Source of the DNA: an uncultured bacterium
GTDB lineage: Bacteria; Deinococcota; Deinococci; Deinococcales; Trueperaceae
Assembly: GCA_964530905.1 (NCBI GenBank)
Contig: CAZHCI010000001.1
Location: forward strand, 14,995-73,688
Length of the DNA stretch: 58,694 nt
Reading direction: 5' to 3'
Shown here piece after piece: positions 1-9,095 of the stretch (the first letter of the stretch is position 1; each line of letters opens with the position of its first letter). The translations under genes and the position numbers were made by a program. Below the pieces are notes generated by a model. It searched no databases. It was not told where the DNA came from and saw only the letters and a program-made list of their open reading frames with translations.

Positions 1-577
1 CGGCCGCCCCCGAGCGCGGGTACATCGGGTCGAGGTAGACGACGTCCGGTCTGGGTCTCAGCGCAGCGAGGACGGCGCGAGCGTCGCCGCGTACGAGCGT
101 CAGACGATCGGCGAGCTCCGTCCCGTCCGGATCCGACGAGCCGGCCAGTCGGGCGAGGGCGTCCTCGAGCAGCGCGGCCAGCAGCGGGTCGCGCTCGATC
201 ATCGTGACGCGCATGCCGGCACGCGCCAGCGCGGCCGCGTCGACGCCGAATCCTGCCGTCGCGTCGACGACGCGCAGGTCGCGAGCGCCGCGCTTGCCGC
301 GGACCGCACGGACGACCGGCTCGCCGCCGGGCCGGGCCCAGTCCAGGTCGACGGTCCACGGCTCGGCGCCCGCTCGTGGCCCCTGACCGGGGCGGACCCC
401 CAGTCCGCGCGGCCCCACGTGCGCATGCACCGTAGCGGGGCCCGGACCGAGCGGAGCGTCCAGACGGGCGGCCCACGCGGCGGCGGCGTCCTCGAAGCCG
501 GGCGAGGCGGTGACGCGGAGTCGCGGCACGGTCGACGCCTGGGTCGTGGCCGGCACGACGGGGCGGGAAGCGCTCAC
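1..577 (-). CDS. rsmJ: RsmJ-like 16S rRNA (guanine-N2)-methyltransferase; C-terminal end cut by the window edge
   Basis: Absent from the ORF track because it runs off the window. My minus-strand translation reads (V)SASRPVVPATT...RVVDATAGFGVDAAALARAGMRVTMIERDPLLAALLEDALARL...PDVVYLDPMYPRSGAA. This matches the RsmJ/YhiQ core (VVDATAGLGRDAF..RMLERNP..AALL..VVYLDPMFP). GTG at 575-577 lies 6 nt after a TAGCGT box. Confidence 0.75.
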   Translation of the reverse strand, partial: MSASRPVVPATTQASTVPRLRVTASPGFEDAAAAWAARLDAPLGPGPATVHAHVGPRGLGVRPGQGPRAGAEPWTVDLDWARPGGEPVVRAVRGKRGARDLRVVDATAGFGVDAAALARAGMRVTMIERDPLLAALLEDALARLAGSSDPDGTELADRLTLVRGDARAVLAALRPRPDVVYLDPMYPRSGAA

Positions 578-583
578 GGCCAC

Positions 584-589
584 ACGCTA
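584..589 (-). promoter_or_regulatory. -10 box TAGCGT, 6 nt before the rsmJ GTG (leaderless-type)
   Basis: Read directly from the sequence. Follows the recurring TANNNT-N5-8-start pattern. Confidence 0.4.
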
Positions 590-641
590 CCGTCCCACCT
601 TCGGCCGCACGGTGGCGGGGGTGTACGGCCGGCGTGCCCGA

Positions 642-650
642 TGCTACGCT
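642..650 (+). promoter_or_regulatory. Extended -10 TGcTACGCT; gabT promoter with a leader of about 115 nt
   Basis: Read directly. Unlike the leaderless-type genes, gabT has its own SD. Confidence 0.35.
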
Positions 651-770
651 CGAAGGCACGAAGGTACGCACGCTTAGGAATCGAACGTGGACGCGGCGTT
701 GTCGCCACACATCCATCGTCGCATCCGGTCGGCCGCCTTCGAACCGTCGAACGAACCTCGGGAGGTGTCC

Positions 771-2090
771 ATGAGCAACGCCGATCTCGCCCGCCGCCGT
801 CGGGCAGCGGTCACCCCAGCCGCCGCGTCGGTCCACCCCTTCTACCCGGCCCGCGCCAAGGGGAGCTACGTCTGGGACGCCGACGGAACGCGCTACCTGG
901 ACTTCTCCGTCGGCATCGCCGTGATGAACGTCGGCCACTCGCATCCGCGCGTCCTCGAGGCGGTCCAGCGCCAGGCGAGCGAGTTCCAGCACCTCTGCTT
1001 CGCCGTCGGAATGCACGAGAGCTACCTGAACCTCGCCGAGCGGCTCAACGCCATCGCCCCCGGCGACAGCGCGAAGAAGACGTTCCTGGCGAACACCGGC
1101 GCCGAGGCGGTCGAGAACGCCGTCAAGATCGCGCGGGTCGCCACCGGCCGGCAGGGCATCGTCGCGTTCACGCACGCGTTCCACGGGCGAACCCACATGG
1201 CGCTGTCGCTCACCGGCAAGGCCAACCCGTACAAGGCCGGCTTCGCGCCGCGCGCGGCCGAGATCTACCGCGCCGACTACCCGTACTGCTACCGCTGCCC
1301 GTTCGGCGGACCGCGCGCCGACGGCGCCTGCTGCCAACACGACGTCGGCAGACTGCGCGATCAGATCAAGACGACGGTCGGCGAGTCCGAGGTCGCCGCG
1401 TTCGTGATCGAGCCGATCGCCGGCGAAGGCGGCTTCATCCCCGCCCCCGCGTCGTTCCTGGAGGGCTTGCGGACGTACGCGACCGAGATCGGAGCGCTCT
1501 GGATCGACGACGAGGTCCAGGCCGGCATGGGCCGCACCGGCGCGTGGTGGGCGGTGGATCATCACGGCTTGGAGCCGGATCTGGTCACGAGCGCCAAGGC
1601 GCTCTCGTCCGGGTTCCCCCTGTCCGCGGTGATCGGCAAGGCCGAGATCATGGACCGGATGAAGCCGGGCATGCTGGGAACCACGTTCGGCGGCAATCCC
1701 GTCTCGATCGCAGCGGCGCTCGCGACGCTCGACGTGATCGAGGAGGAGGGCCTGCTGGCGCGTGCCCGCGTGATCGGCGAGCGGATCGGAGACCGACTTC
1801 GGGCCTTGCAGTCCGAGTTCGTCCAGATCGGCGACGTCCGCGGCAAGGGCGCCATGATCGGCATCGAGTTCGTGAAGGACGAGGCGCGCACGCCCGACGC
1901 CGCGGTCGTCGCAGCGATCGTCGATCACGCCCGCGACGCCGGACTGATCCTGCTGCCGACCGGTAGCTACGGAAACGTGATCCGGCTGCTGCCCCCGTTG
2001 AACCTCTCCGACGACGAGCTCGCCGAAGGCGTCGACAAGCTCGAGGCCGCGATCCGCTACGCGCTGACCACCGTCGCCGCAGCGGTCTAG
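771..2090 (+). CDS. gabT: 4-aminobutyrate--2-oxoglutarate transaminase (class III PLP aminotransferase)
   Basis: ORF 687..2090. A GGGAGG Shine-Dalgarno lies just upstream of ATG 771. Motifs: PFYPARAKGSYVWDADGTRYLDF, EPIAGEGGF, DEVQAGMGRTG and a PLP-lysine context TSAKALSSG. Confidence 0.9.
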   Translation: MSNADLARRRRAAVTPAAASVHPFYPARAKGSYVWDADGTRYLDFSVGIAVMNVGHSHPRVLEAVQRQASEFQHLCFAVGMHESYLNLAERLNAIAPGDSAKKTFLANTGAEAVENAVKIARVATGRQGIVAFTHAFHGRTHMALSLTGKANPYKAGFAPRAAEIYRADYPYCYRCPFGGPRADGACCQHDVGRLRDQIKTTVGESEVAAFVIEPIAGEGGFIPAPASFLEGLRTYATEIGALWIDDEVQAGMGRTGAWWAVDHHGLEPDLVTSAKALSSGFPLSAVIGKAEIMDRMKPGMLGTTFGGNPVSIAAALATLDVIEEEGLLARARVIGERIGDRLRALQSEFVQIGDVRGKGAMIGIEFVKDEARTPDAAVVAAIVDHARDAGLILLPTGSYGNVIRLLPPLNLSDDELAEGVDKLEAAIRYALTTVAAAV

Positions 2091-2126
2091 CGTCCGAAGC
2101 GACCGGCCATCGGGCCGCCGCGCGAC

Positions 2127-2164
2127 GTGACGAGGGCCGGGGGTCGACCCCCGGCCCTCGTCAC
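2127..2164. terminator. Bidirectional hairpin terminator between convergent gabT and sseA
   Basis: Perfect 17-bp arms GTGACGAGGGCCGGGGG / CCCCCGGCCCTCGTCAC around TCGA. Confidence 0.65.
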
Positions 2165-2220
2165 GCTCCCGTCCTGCCGCGGCGTCACGGCAGCCGACGG
2201 CTGGGATCGCGACGCGCCGC

Positions 2221-3087
2221 TCAGCCGCCCTCGCCCTGCTCGATCGGCATGCCCACCATGTTGCCCCACTCCGTCCAGCTTCCGTCGTAGTTGCGGACGT
2301 TCGGGAAGCCGAGCAGGTACTTCAGGACGAACCAGCTGTGGCTGCTCCGCTCGGCGATCCGGCAGTAGGCGATCACCGGCTTGTCGGCGGTCACGCCGTG
2401 CGAGCCGTACAGCTCGGCGAGCTCCGAAGCGGGCAGGAAGGTGCCGTCCGCCGCGACCGCCTTCGCCCACGGGATGTTGGCCGCGCCGGGGACGTGGCCG
2501 CCGCGCAGCGCGCCCTCTTGGGGATACTCGGGCATGTGCAGCTTCTCGCCGCTGAACTCGGCGGGACTGCGAACGTCGACCAGGGCGCCCCGTCCGTCCT
2601 TGACCGCGAGCAGGTGCTGCAGCACCTCGGAGGCGAACGCCCGGATGGAGGCGTCGCGATAGGGAACCTCGTAGCGGCCCGGCGCGGGCGCCGGTCGCTC
2701 GGCGCTCATCGGCCGCTCCTCGGCGACCCACTTCTGCCGGCCGCCGTCCATCAGGCGGACGTCCGCATGGCCGTTGTACTTGAAGAACCAGAACGCGTAG
2801 GCGGCCCACCAGTTCGACTTGTCGCCGTACAGGACCACCGTGTCGTCGTTCGAGACGCCCTTTCGCCTCATCAGCTCGGCGAAGCCGGCTTCGTCGACGA
2901 AATCGCGGACGTCCGGGCGCTGCAGCTCCGTGTGCCAATCGAGCTTCACCGCTCCGGGCACGTGGCCTTGCTCGTAGAGCAGCACGTCCTCGTCGACCTC
3001 GACGACGCGGACGCCGTCGTCGGCGTGGTGGGCCTCGACCCAGTCGGTATCGACCAGGACCTCCGGATGCGCGTATTCGCGTGCCAT
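2221..3087 (-). CDS. sseA: Thiosulfate / 3-mercaptopyruvate sulfurtransferase (tandem rhodanese domains)
   Basis: Internal ATG 3087 of ORF 2221..3699, preceded by [24 protein letters not shown]... with the active-site loop [17 protein letters not shown] typical of SseA/CysA rhodaneses. Confidence 0.88.
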   Translation of the reverse strand: MAREYAHPEVLVDTDWVEAHHADDGVRVVEVDEDVLLYEQGHVPGAVKLDWHTELQRPDVRDFVDEAGFAELMRRKGVSNDDTVVLYGDKSNWWAAYAFWFFKYNGHADVRLMDGGRQKWVAEERPMSAERPAPAPGRYEVPYRDASIRAFASEVLQHLLAVKDGRGALVDVRSPAEFSGEKLHMPEYPQEGALRGGHVPGAANIPWAKAVAADGTFLPASELAELYGSHGVTADKPVIAYCRIAERSSHSWFVLKYLLGFPNVRNYDGSWTEWGNMVGMPIEQGEGG

Positions 3088-3252
3088 TCGCGACCTCCTT
3101 CGAAGTACGCCCTTGCGACCGGCGCGGCCGGACTCGCTCGGGCGGCGGCCGGGGCGACGAGTCATGCGCCCAGCGTGAACAAGGTGTACCTCGCGGGTCA
3201 ACTTGCCGTGGGTAGGCCGGCCGACGCACGCCGAGGCGCGCACGCCGCCTGC

Positions 3253-3258
3253 TACCAT
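3253..3258 (+). promoter_or_regulatory. -10 box TACCAT, 6 nt before the rpe ATG
   Basis: Read directly. Confidence 0.45.
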
Positions 3259-3264
3259 GCGTCG

Positions 3265-3942
3265 ATGATCCGTATCGCTCCGTCCCTTCTCGCAGCCGAC
3301 GCCGCGCGCCTCGGCGATCAGATCCACGAGGCCGAAGCCGCCGGCGCGGACTGGTTCCATCTGGACGTGATGGACGGAGCCTTCGTTCCGAACCTGACGT
3401 TCGGTCCGTCGGTGGTGGCCGCCTGCCGTCGCGTCACCTCGGCGACGCTCGACGTTCATCTGATGGTCAGCCGCAGCGCGGATTGGGTCGACCCGTTCGC
3501 CGACGCCGGCGCGGACCTCATCACCGTGCATCCCGAGGTCGATCCGCACCTCCACCGAACGCTGGAGAGGATCCGGGCACGGGGCGTCCGCAGCGGCTTG
3601 GCCCTGAACCCGCTCACGCCCCTGGCGATCGTCCGTGACGCGCTTCCGCTGCTGGACCTGATCCTGATCATGAGCGTGAACCCCGGCTTCGGCGGCCAAG
3701 CGTGGATCGAGGGCAGCGACGCCCGGCTGCGGACGGTGCGCGGCTGGCGCGACGCGACGAAGCCGCAGACGCTGGTGCAGGTGGACGGCGGGGTGAACCG
3801 GACGACCGCGGGCTTGGCGGCGGCGTCGGGCGCGGACGTGCTGGTGGCCGGCAGCGCGCTGTTCGGAGGCGACGGCGACATCGCCGAGCGGTTCGAGGCG
3901 CTCCGTACCGCCGCGACCCTCGGCCGGCGCGGCGACGACTGA
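3265..3942 (+). CDS. rpe: Ribulose-phosphate 3-epimerase
   Basis: In-frame ATG 3265 within ORF 2338..3942. Motifs: [49 protein letters not shown] box 6 nt upstream of the ATG. Confidence 0.92.
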   Translation: MIRIAPSLLAADAARLGDQIHEAEAAGADWFHLDVMDGAFVPNLTFGPSVVAACRRVTSATLDVHLMVSRSADWVDPFADAGADLITVHPEVDPHLHRTLERIRARGVRSGLALNPLTPLAIVRDALPLLDLILIMSVNPGFGGQAWIEGSDARLRTVRGWRDATKPQTLVQVDGGVNRTTAGLAAASGADVLVAGSALFGGDGDIAERFEALRTAATLGRRGDD

Positions 3943-3949
3943 ACGCGCG

Positions 3950-3965
3950 GAACGGCCGGCCGTTC
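3950..3965. terminator. Short palindrome GAACGGCCGGCCGTTC between convergent rpe and accA
   Basis: Read directly. Overlaps the accA stop codon. Weak stem. Confidence 0.3.
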
Positions 3966-4926
3966 AGGCCGCGGCGTCGATCTCCACGAACCTGCCGAGC
4001 CGGCGGAACCGCGCCCTGCGTCCCCGCAGCAGCTCGTCGGGCGTCGCGTCGCGAAGCGCCTCGAGCTCGGCACGGAGAGCGTCTCCGACGGCGTCCATGG
4101 CGCGCTCCGGATCGCGGTGCGCACCGCCGATCGGCTCGTCGATGACGCGATCGACGATCTCGAGCTCGCGGAGGTCGCGGGCGGTCAGCTTCAGGGCTTC
4201 GGCCGCCTTGGGCGCTTCCGCCGCGTCGCGCCACAGGATCGCGGCGCACGACTCGGGGCTGATCACCGAGTAGGTCGCGTTCTCGAGGATCAGGACCCGA
4301 TTCGCGACGCCGATCGCGAGCGCCCCGCCCGATCCCCCCTCGCCGATGACGACGCTGATCGCCGGCACCCGCAGCCGGCTCATGCGCTGGATCGAGGCGG
4401 CGATGACCCACGCCTGTCCCTGCTCCTCGGCGGCGATGCCGGGGTACGCGCCCGGCGTGTCGATCAGGGTGACGACCGGCAAGCCGAACTTGTCCGCGAG
4501 GTCGAACATCCGCATCGCCTTGCGGTAGCCGCTCGGATGGCTCATGCCGAAGTTGCGGTGGATGTTCTCCTTCGTGTCGCGGCCCTTCTGCTGCGCGATC
4601 ACCACCAGGCTTCGGCCACCCAGCTCCGCGAGGCCGGTCACGACGGCCGGATCGTCGCCCAAGGTCCGATCCCCGTGCAGCTCACGGAACCCGTCGAACA
4701 CGTGTCCGACGTAGTCCAGCCCCGTCGGTCGCCCCGCCGCCCGCGCGACCTGGACGCGCTGCCAGCGGGTGAGCTTCTCGAACGTCTCCGCCTTCAGTCG
4801 CTCGAGGCGGGACTCGAGCAGCGCGATCTCCTCGCCGAGGTCCATCTCCTGGTCCTCGGCGTACGTCCGCATGTCGCGGATCTTCGCCTCGAGATCGAGG
4901 ATCGGCTTCTCAAACGGTAGCGACAT
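3964..4926 (-). CDS. accA: Acetyl-CoA carboxylase carboxyltransferase subunit alpha
   Basis: ORF 3964..4941. Second ATG (4926) follows GAGGAG; ATG 4941 is the alternative. Motifs: [46 protein letters not shown]. Confidence 0.93.
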   Translation of the reverse strand: MSLPFEKPILDLEAKIRDMRTYAEDQEMDLGEEIALLESRLERLKAETFEKLTRWQRVQVARAAGRPTGLDYVGHVFDGFRELHGDRTLGDDPAVVTGLAELGGRSLVVIAQQKGRDTKENIHRNFGMSHPSGYRKAMRMFDLADKFGLPVVTLIDTPGAYPGIAAEEQGQAWVIAASIQRMSRLRVPAISVVIGEGGSGGALAIGVANRVLILENATYSVISPESCAAILWRDAAEAPKAAEALKLTARDLRELEIVDRVIDEPIGGAHRDPERAMDAVGDALRAELEALRDATPDELLRGRRARFRRLGRFVEIDAAA

Positions 4927-5797
4927 GGGACTCCTCGGCATCGGGCACGACGGCGCCGCCGCGTAGCAGGCGCACCATCGTGGCCAGCGTCCCCTTGAGT
5001 CGGTCGCGCGGCACGACGTCGTCCAGCATGCCCTTCTTGAGCAGGAACTCGGCGCGCTGGAACCCTTCGGGGAGGTCCTGCTTGATCGTCTGCTGGATCA
5101 CTCGAGGACCGGCGAAGCAGATCAGCGCCTTCGGCTCGGCCAGGATGACGTCGCCCAGCGTGGCGAACGACGCCGTCACGCCGCCCGTGGTGGGGTCGGT
5201 GAGCACGGACACGAACGGGAGTCGGCGCTCGGCCAGCTCCTCGAGCGCCACCGTCGTCTTCGCCATCTGCATCAGGCTCAGCGCGCCCTCCTGCATCCGC
5301 GCGCCGCCCGAGGCGGTGATCACCACCAGCGACCGGCCCTCCGCCGCGGCACGTTCCGCGGCGCGGGCGATCTCTTCGCCGACGACCGATCCCATCGACC
5401 CGCCGGCGAAGAAGAAGTCCATCACCACCAGCGCGACAGGCTCGCCGTGCAACGACGCGCCGCCCGAGACGACGGCGTCCGGCCGGCCCTGCTTCTGCTG
5501 GACGCGCTCCATCCGGCCCAGGTACGGCTCGGTGTCCACGAAGTCCAGCGGGTCGCTGGGCGCCAGGCTTCCCGACCAGCGCTCGAACGTCCCTTCGTCC
5601 GCCAACGACTCGATCCGGGCGTCGACCGGCATGCGGTAGTGGTGGCCGCACTCGGGACAGAGGTACAGGTTCGCGACGAGGTCCTTGCGGTAGATCTGCG
5701 CCGCGCAGCTCTCGCACTTGAGCCACAGACCGGCGGGGCTCGTGTCGTCGTCGCTGCGGGTCGGCCGACTCCTGCGGAACCAACGCTCAAGCGCCAC
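4910..5797 (-). CDS. accD: Acetyl-CoA carboxylase carboxyltransferase subunit beta
   Basis: ORF 4910..5797 with a GTG start after GGAAGGAG. N-terminal zinc ribbon [26 protein letters not shown], followed by SGGARMQEG. Overlaps the accA start. Confidence 0.93.
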   Translation of the reverse strand: MALERWFRRSRPTRSDDDTSPAGLWLKCESCAAQIYRKDLVANLYLCPECGHHYRMPVDARIESLADEGTFERWSGSLAPSDPLDFVDTEPYLGRMERVQQKQGRPDAVVSGGASLHGEPVALVVMDFFFAGGSMGSVVGEEIARAAERAAAEGRSLVVITASGGARMQEGALSLMQMAKTTVALEELAERRLPFVSVLTDPTTGGVTASFATLGDVILAEPKALICFAGPRVIQQTIKQDLPEGFQRAEFLLKKGMLDDVVPRDRLKGTLATMVRLLRGGAVVPDAEESHVATV

Positions 5798-5869
5798 GGA
5801 ATCTCCTTCCGGTCCAGGGACGCCACCAGCGCCTCGCGCGCTCGGGCGCGACGTCCGACGTCCGGCGGC

Positions 5870-5878
5870 ATTCTAGCA
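5870..5878 (-). promoter_or_regulatory. Extended -10 TGcTAGAAT upstream of accD-accA (leader of about 70 nt, with SD)
   Basis: The reverse complement of attctagca is the best -10 match in the window. Confidence 0.5.
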
Positions 5879-5917
5879 GGAGCGCCGCGCGCGCCCCGGA
5901 GCCGCTCCGGCCCGCAC

Positions 5918-6331
5918 TCACCGGTCGGGCTCCGACGCGGACGCGGCGTCCACCGGCGGGGCCGAGATCGCGCTGGTCGCAAGCTCCTCGTCCTCGGACG
6001 AGAGGCTTCGCCCCAAGAACGTGGCGCCCTCCTCGATGTCCAGCGAGGCCGCGCGCACGTCGCCCTCGAGCCGGCCGCCGTTCCAGAGCTCGACCGTGCC
6101 GGACGCACGCACGTCGGCCACGACCTCGCCCGCGATCCTGACGTCGGCCGCGTGGACCGGTCCGGCCTCGATCCGGCCGCCGGGAGCGACCTCGAGGACG
6201 CCCTCGACGCGCACCTCGCCACGAACGCGTCCGTCGACACGTAGGCGGCCGCTCGCCGTCACGGTCCCCTCGACGGTCGTCTCGGCATCGACGTAGCTGT
6301 ACGGCTCGCGCGCATCGTCGCGACGGGGCAT
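5918..6331 (-). CDS. Bactofilin (DUF583 polymer-forming cytoskeletal protein)
   Basis: 137 aa. Repetitive beta-helix pattern (TVEGTVTASGRLRVDGRVRGEVRVEGVLEVAPGGRIEAGPVHAADVRIAGEVVADVRASGTVELWNGGRLEGDVRAASLDIEEGATFLG) with a disordered acidic tail. GGAAGGAG RBS. Confidence 0.8.
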   Translation of the reverse strand: MPRRDDAREPYSYVDAETTVEGTVTASGRLRVDGRVRGEVRVEGVLEVAPGGRIEAGPVHAADVRIAGEVVADVRASGTVELWNGGRLEGDVRAASLDIEEGATFLGRSLSSEDEELATSAISAPPVDAASASEPDR

Positions 6332-6439
6332 GGCGGGCTCCTTCCGGCGCCGAGCCTACCAGAGCCGCCGCTGCGCCGCGCACGCGTTCGGTCGTCCGCT
6401 CGTCCCCGCCGCGGACGCGGCGACGCTCGGGGCGCGGTG

Positions 6440-6445
6440 TATCGT
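6440..6445 (+). promoter_or_regulatory. -10 box TATCGT, 6 nt before ATG 6452
   Basis: Read directly. Confidence 0.4.
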
Positions 6446-6451
6446 GGGCGC

Positions 6452-7318
6452 ATGCCGCGAGGTGGGGTCGTGCTGGTCACGGGTGTCGGACAGGGCTTCG
6501 GACGGGCGATCGCGCTCGGCTGGGGTCGGGCCGGCTACGACGTGGTCTGCGCCGATCGCGACGTGGAGCTCGCGTCGAAGACCGCGGCCGAGGTCGAGGA
6601 GAGCGGCGGACAGGCGATCCCGATCCAGATCGACGTCACCGTCACGATGGACGTGCGGCACGCCTTCACGAAGATCGACGAGCTGTTCGGGCGACTCGAA
6701 GGCGTCGTGCACGTCGCGTCGAGGTCCAGCTCCGCGAGTCCGTTGGCGCTGACCGACAACGAGTTCAGCGAGCTCGTCGACGACACGCTCCGGAGCAGTC
6801 AGCTGATCCTGCGCACGGCGGCGCGATCGCTGGAGCGGAGCTGGGTCGTGATCATCGCGCCGCCCGCCTCGGCCGACGCTCCCCAGAACGAGATGGTCCG
6901 AGGCGGCCTCGCTCGGCTCGCCGCGGCGTTCGGCGCGCGCTCCGACGCGTTGCGGGTGAACGTCGCCGTTCCGTCCCGCGGCGCATCCGACCCGGTCCAC
7001 GACGCACGGCTGGTCGACGCCGTGATGTTCCTGGGAGGCGAGGACGCCGAGGGGCTGCGCGGTCTCGAGCTGGCGGTGGACCTGCCTCCGCCGCCGCGCG
7101 TGGTCGAGCGCCTTCTCCCCGAGATCCAAGCGGCGCTGGACGACCGGGTCAGGCAGGACGATCTCGAGGCCGACCTGTGGTCCGAGCCGGACGACGAGGA
7201 CGAGGACGCCCGAGACGACGAGGCGCCGGCGCAAGACGCGCGGGACGCTTTGGACGACCTCGACGACGCGCCCGACCTGCTCGACCTTCCGCCGTTCCGG
7301 GCGCGCGACGCCTGGTGA
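6452..7318 (+). CDS. Short-chain dehydrogenase/reductase-fold protein lacking the catalytic Tyr/Lys, with an acidic C-terminal tail
   Basis: ORF 6437..7318. ATG 6452 lies 6 nt after TATCGT. Rossmann motif VLVTGVGQGFGRAIA is present, but no YxxxK is recognisable (region reads QNEMVRGGLARL). The last roughly 70 aa are Asp/Glu-rich. Confidence 0.7.
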   Translation: MPRGGVVLVTGVGQGFGRAIALGWGRAGYDVVCADRDVELASKTAAEVEESGGQAIPIQIDVTVTMDVRHAFTKIDELFGRLEGVVHVASRSSSASPLALTDNEFSELVDDTLRSSQLILRTAARSLERSWVVIIAPPASADAPQNEMVRGGLARLAAAFGARSDALRVNVAVPSRGASDPVHDARLVDAVMFLGGEDAEGLRGLELAVDLPPPPRVVERLLPEIQAALDDRVRQDDLEADLWSEPDDEDEDARDDEAPAQDARDALDDLDDAPDLLDLPPFRARDAW

Positions 7319-7337
7319 GCCGACCGGAGGGCGTGCC

Positions 7338-7949
7338 GTGAAGTGCCCGTACTGTTCGTCCACCGAGACGCGCGTGGTGAACTCGCGGCCCTCCGACGAG
7401 GGACACGCGATCCGACGTCGGCGCGAGTGCGACGCCTGTCACCGGCGGTTCACCACCTACGAGCGGACGCAGCTCGAGGCGCTGATGGTCCGCAAGCGCT
7501 CGGGACGGCTCGAGGCGTTCCAGCCCGACAAGCTCCTGGGCAAGCTCCGCGTCGCGACGAACAAGCGGCCGGTCACCGAGAAGCAGCTGCGCGAGTTCGC
7601 CTACGGCTTCGAGGACGAGGTCCAGACGGCCCGCATCGACACGGACGAGATCGGCCGTCGCACGCTGGCGTTCCTGAAGTCGCTCGACGACGTCGCCTAC
7701 ATCCGCTTCCTCAGCGTGTACCGGGACTTCGACTCGGTCGACCGGTTCATCGAGGAGATCCGCCAGCTCGGCGGGCGCGTCGCGGCCGAGGCGTCCGACG
7801 CCGAGCGAGGGACCGCCCCGCTGTCCCGGGGAGCGGCGCCCAGCGGAGCGCACGCGGGCGACGAGGCGAACGACGACGCGAACGACCGCTCCGAGCCCGC
7901 CGCTGGCGGCGCCTCGGACGAGCCGGAGGAGCGTTCCTCCGGCTCGTGA
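7338..7949 (+). CDS. nrdR: Transcriptional repressor NrdR (zinc ribbon + ATP-cone) with an extended C-terminal tail
   Basis: GTG 7338 after GGAGGG. (M)KCPYCSSTETRVVNSRPSDEGHAIRRRRECDACHRRFTTYE, then an ATP-cone. About 50 extra low-complexity residues at the C-terminus. Confidence 0.93.
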   Translation: MKCPYCSSTETRVVNSRPSDEGHAIRRRRECDACHRRFTTYERTQLEALMVRKRSGRLEAFQPDKLLGKLRVATNKRPVTEKQLREFAYGFEDEVQTARIDTDEIGRRTLAFLKSLDDVAYIRFLSVYRDFDSVDRFIEEIRQLGGRVAAEASDAERGTAPLSRGAAPSGAHAGDEANDDANDRSEPAAGGASDEPEERSSGS

Positions 7950-7971
7950 GCCGAGCGAGCGTCCGCTCGGC
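7950..7971 (+). terminator. Hairpin after nrdR
   Basis: GCCGAGCG-agcgtc-CGCTCGGC begins at the last base of the stop codon. Confidence 0.45.
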
Positions 7972-8000
7972 GGCGTCCGCGCGCCGCTCGCGTGGTGGCC

Positions 8001-8029
8001 TTGCCCCAGCGAAGCCGGCGTGCTAGACT
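8001..8029 (+). promoter_or_regulatory. Sigma-70-type promoter TTGCCC-N17-TAGACT for rplM-rpsI
   Basis: Read directly. Leaves a leader of about 160 nt before GTG 8194. Confidence 0.5.
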
Positions 8030-8193
8030 CCCCTTTGGCTTTTCGCGTGGCGATCCCCCGATCATCGACGTGATCTCGAAGCGCACGACCAGGCGACGTG
8101 AACGACCCGACGACCTGAACGACCCGAATGCGAACCAACGTGCGCCGTGCACGCCGCGTGCACGCCCCGCGCACCCTGAAGGACGTGACGACC

Positions 8194-8615
8194 GTGAAGA
8201 CCTACTTCCCCAAGGAGACCGAGAACGACTGGGTCGTGATCGACGCCGACGGCCAGACCGTCGGGCGGCTCGCGACGCGCTTGGCTCAGGTCCTCCGCGG
8301 CAAGCACAAGCCGACCTACACGCCGAACCAGTCGGGAGGCGACTTCGTCGTCGTGATCAACGCCGAGAAGGTCGTGTTCACCGGCGGGAAGCTCGACCAG
8401 AAGATCTACACCCGCTACACCGGCTACCAGGGCGGCCTGAAGGAAGTCCCGGCCCGCGAGATGCTGGCCAAGCATCCCGAGCGCGTGCTCGAGCGCGCGG
8501 TCTGGGGCATGCTCCCGAAGAACCGGCTGGGCCGGAAGCTGATCCGTCGCCTGAAGGTCTACGCCGGCGACGCGCATCCGCATCAAGCTCAGCAGCCCAA
8601 GGCCTTGGAGGTCCG

Positions 8616-8619
<4 letters not shown>
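8194..8619 (+). CDS. rplM: 50S ribosomal protein L13
   Basis: In-frame GTG 8194 of ORF 8128..8619 gives a 141 aa L13 ([43 protein letters not shown]). The upstream Arg-rich extension is unlikely to be coding. Confidence 0.93.
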
Positions 8620-9005
<386 letters not shown>

Positions 9006-9027
9006 GCACGACGCCACGTCCGTGAGG

Positions 9028-9059
9028 GGACAGGCCGGTGGCCCGCCACCGGCCTGTCC
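9028..9059 (+). terminator. Hairpin terminator after rpsI
   Basis: Perfect 14-bp stem GGACAGGCCGGTGG / CCACCGGCCTGTCC with loop CCCG, followed by TCGT. Confidence 0.65.
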
Positions 9060-9095
9060 TCGTACGGCCGAGACCGTTCAGGGAAGGACGCGAGC

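Noticed and set aside
419-1966. Long alternate-frame or antisense ORFs throughout the track. Examples: 419..1966, 2087..3229, 6356..7363, 9598..11337, 11909..13600, 14136..15773, 14384..16183, 16645..18339, 18430..20664, 38164..40452, 40554..42059, 43656..45467, 44929..47427, 47978..49615, 51747..54392.
   Set aside because: Their translations are monotonous Arg/Pro/Gly/Ala strings with no recognisable motifs. Each overlaps a gene with clear family signatures. Stop-codon depletion in about 70% GC DNA produces such ORFs by chance.
7950-8193. Possible tRNA or small RNA gene in the larger spacers (7950..8193, 56161..56381, 57399..57653, 578..770).
   Set aside because: I found no cloverleaf-compatible sequence (no GTTCGAATC-like T-arm with a matching acceptor stem) and no recognisable SRP, RNase P, tmRNA or 6S signature. 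These regions are better explained as promoters and leaders.
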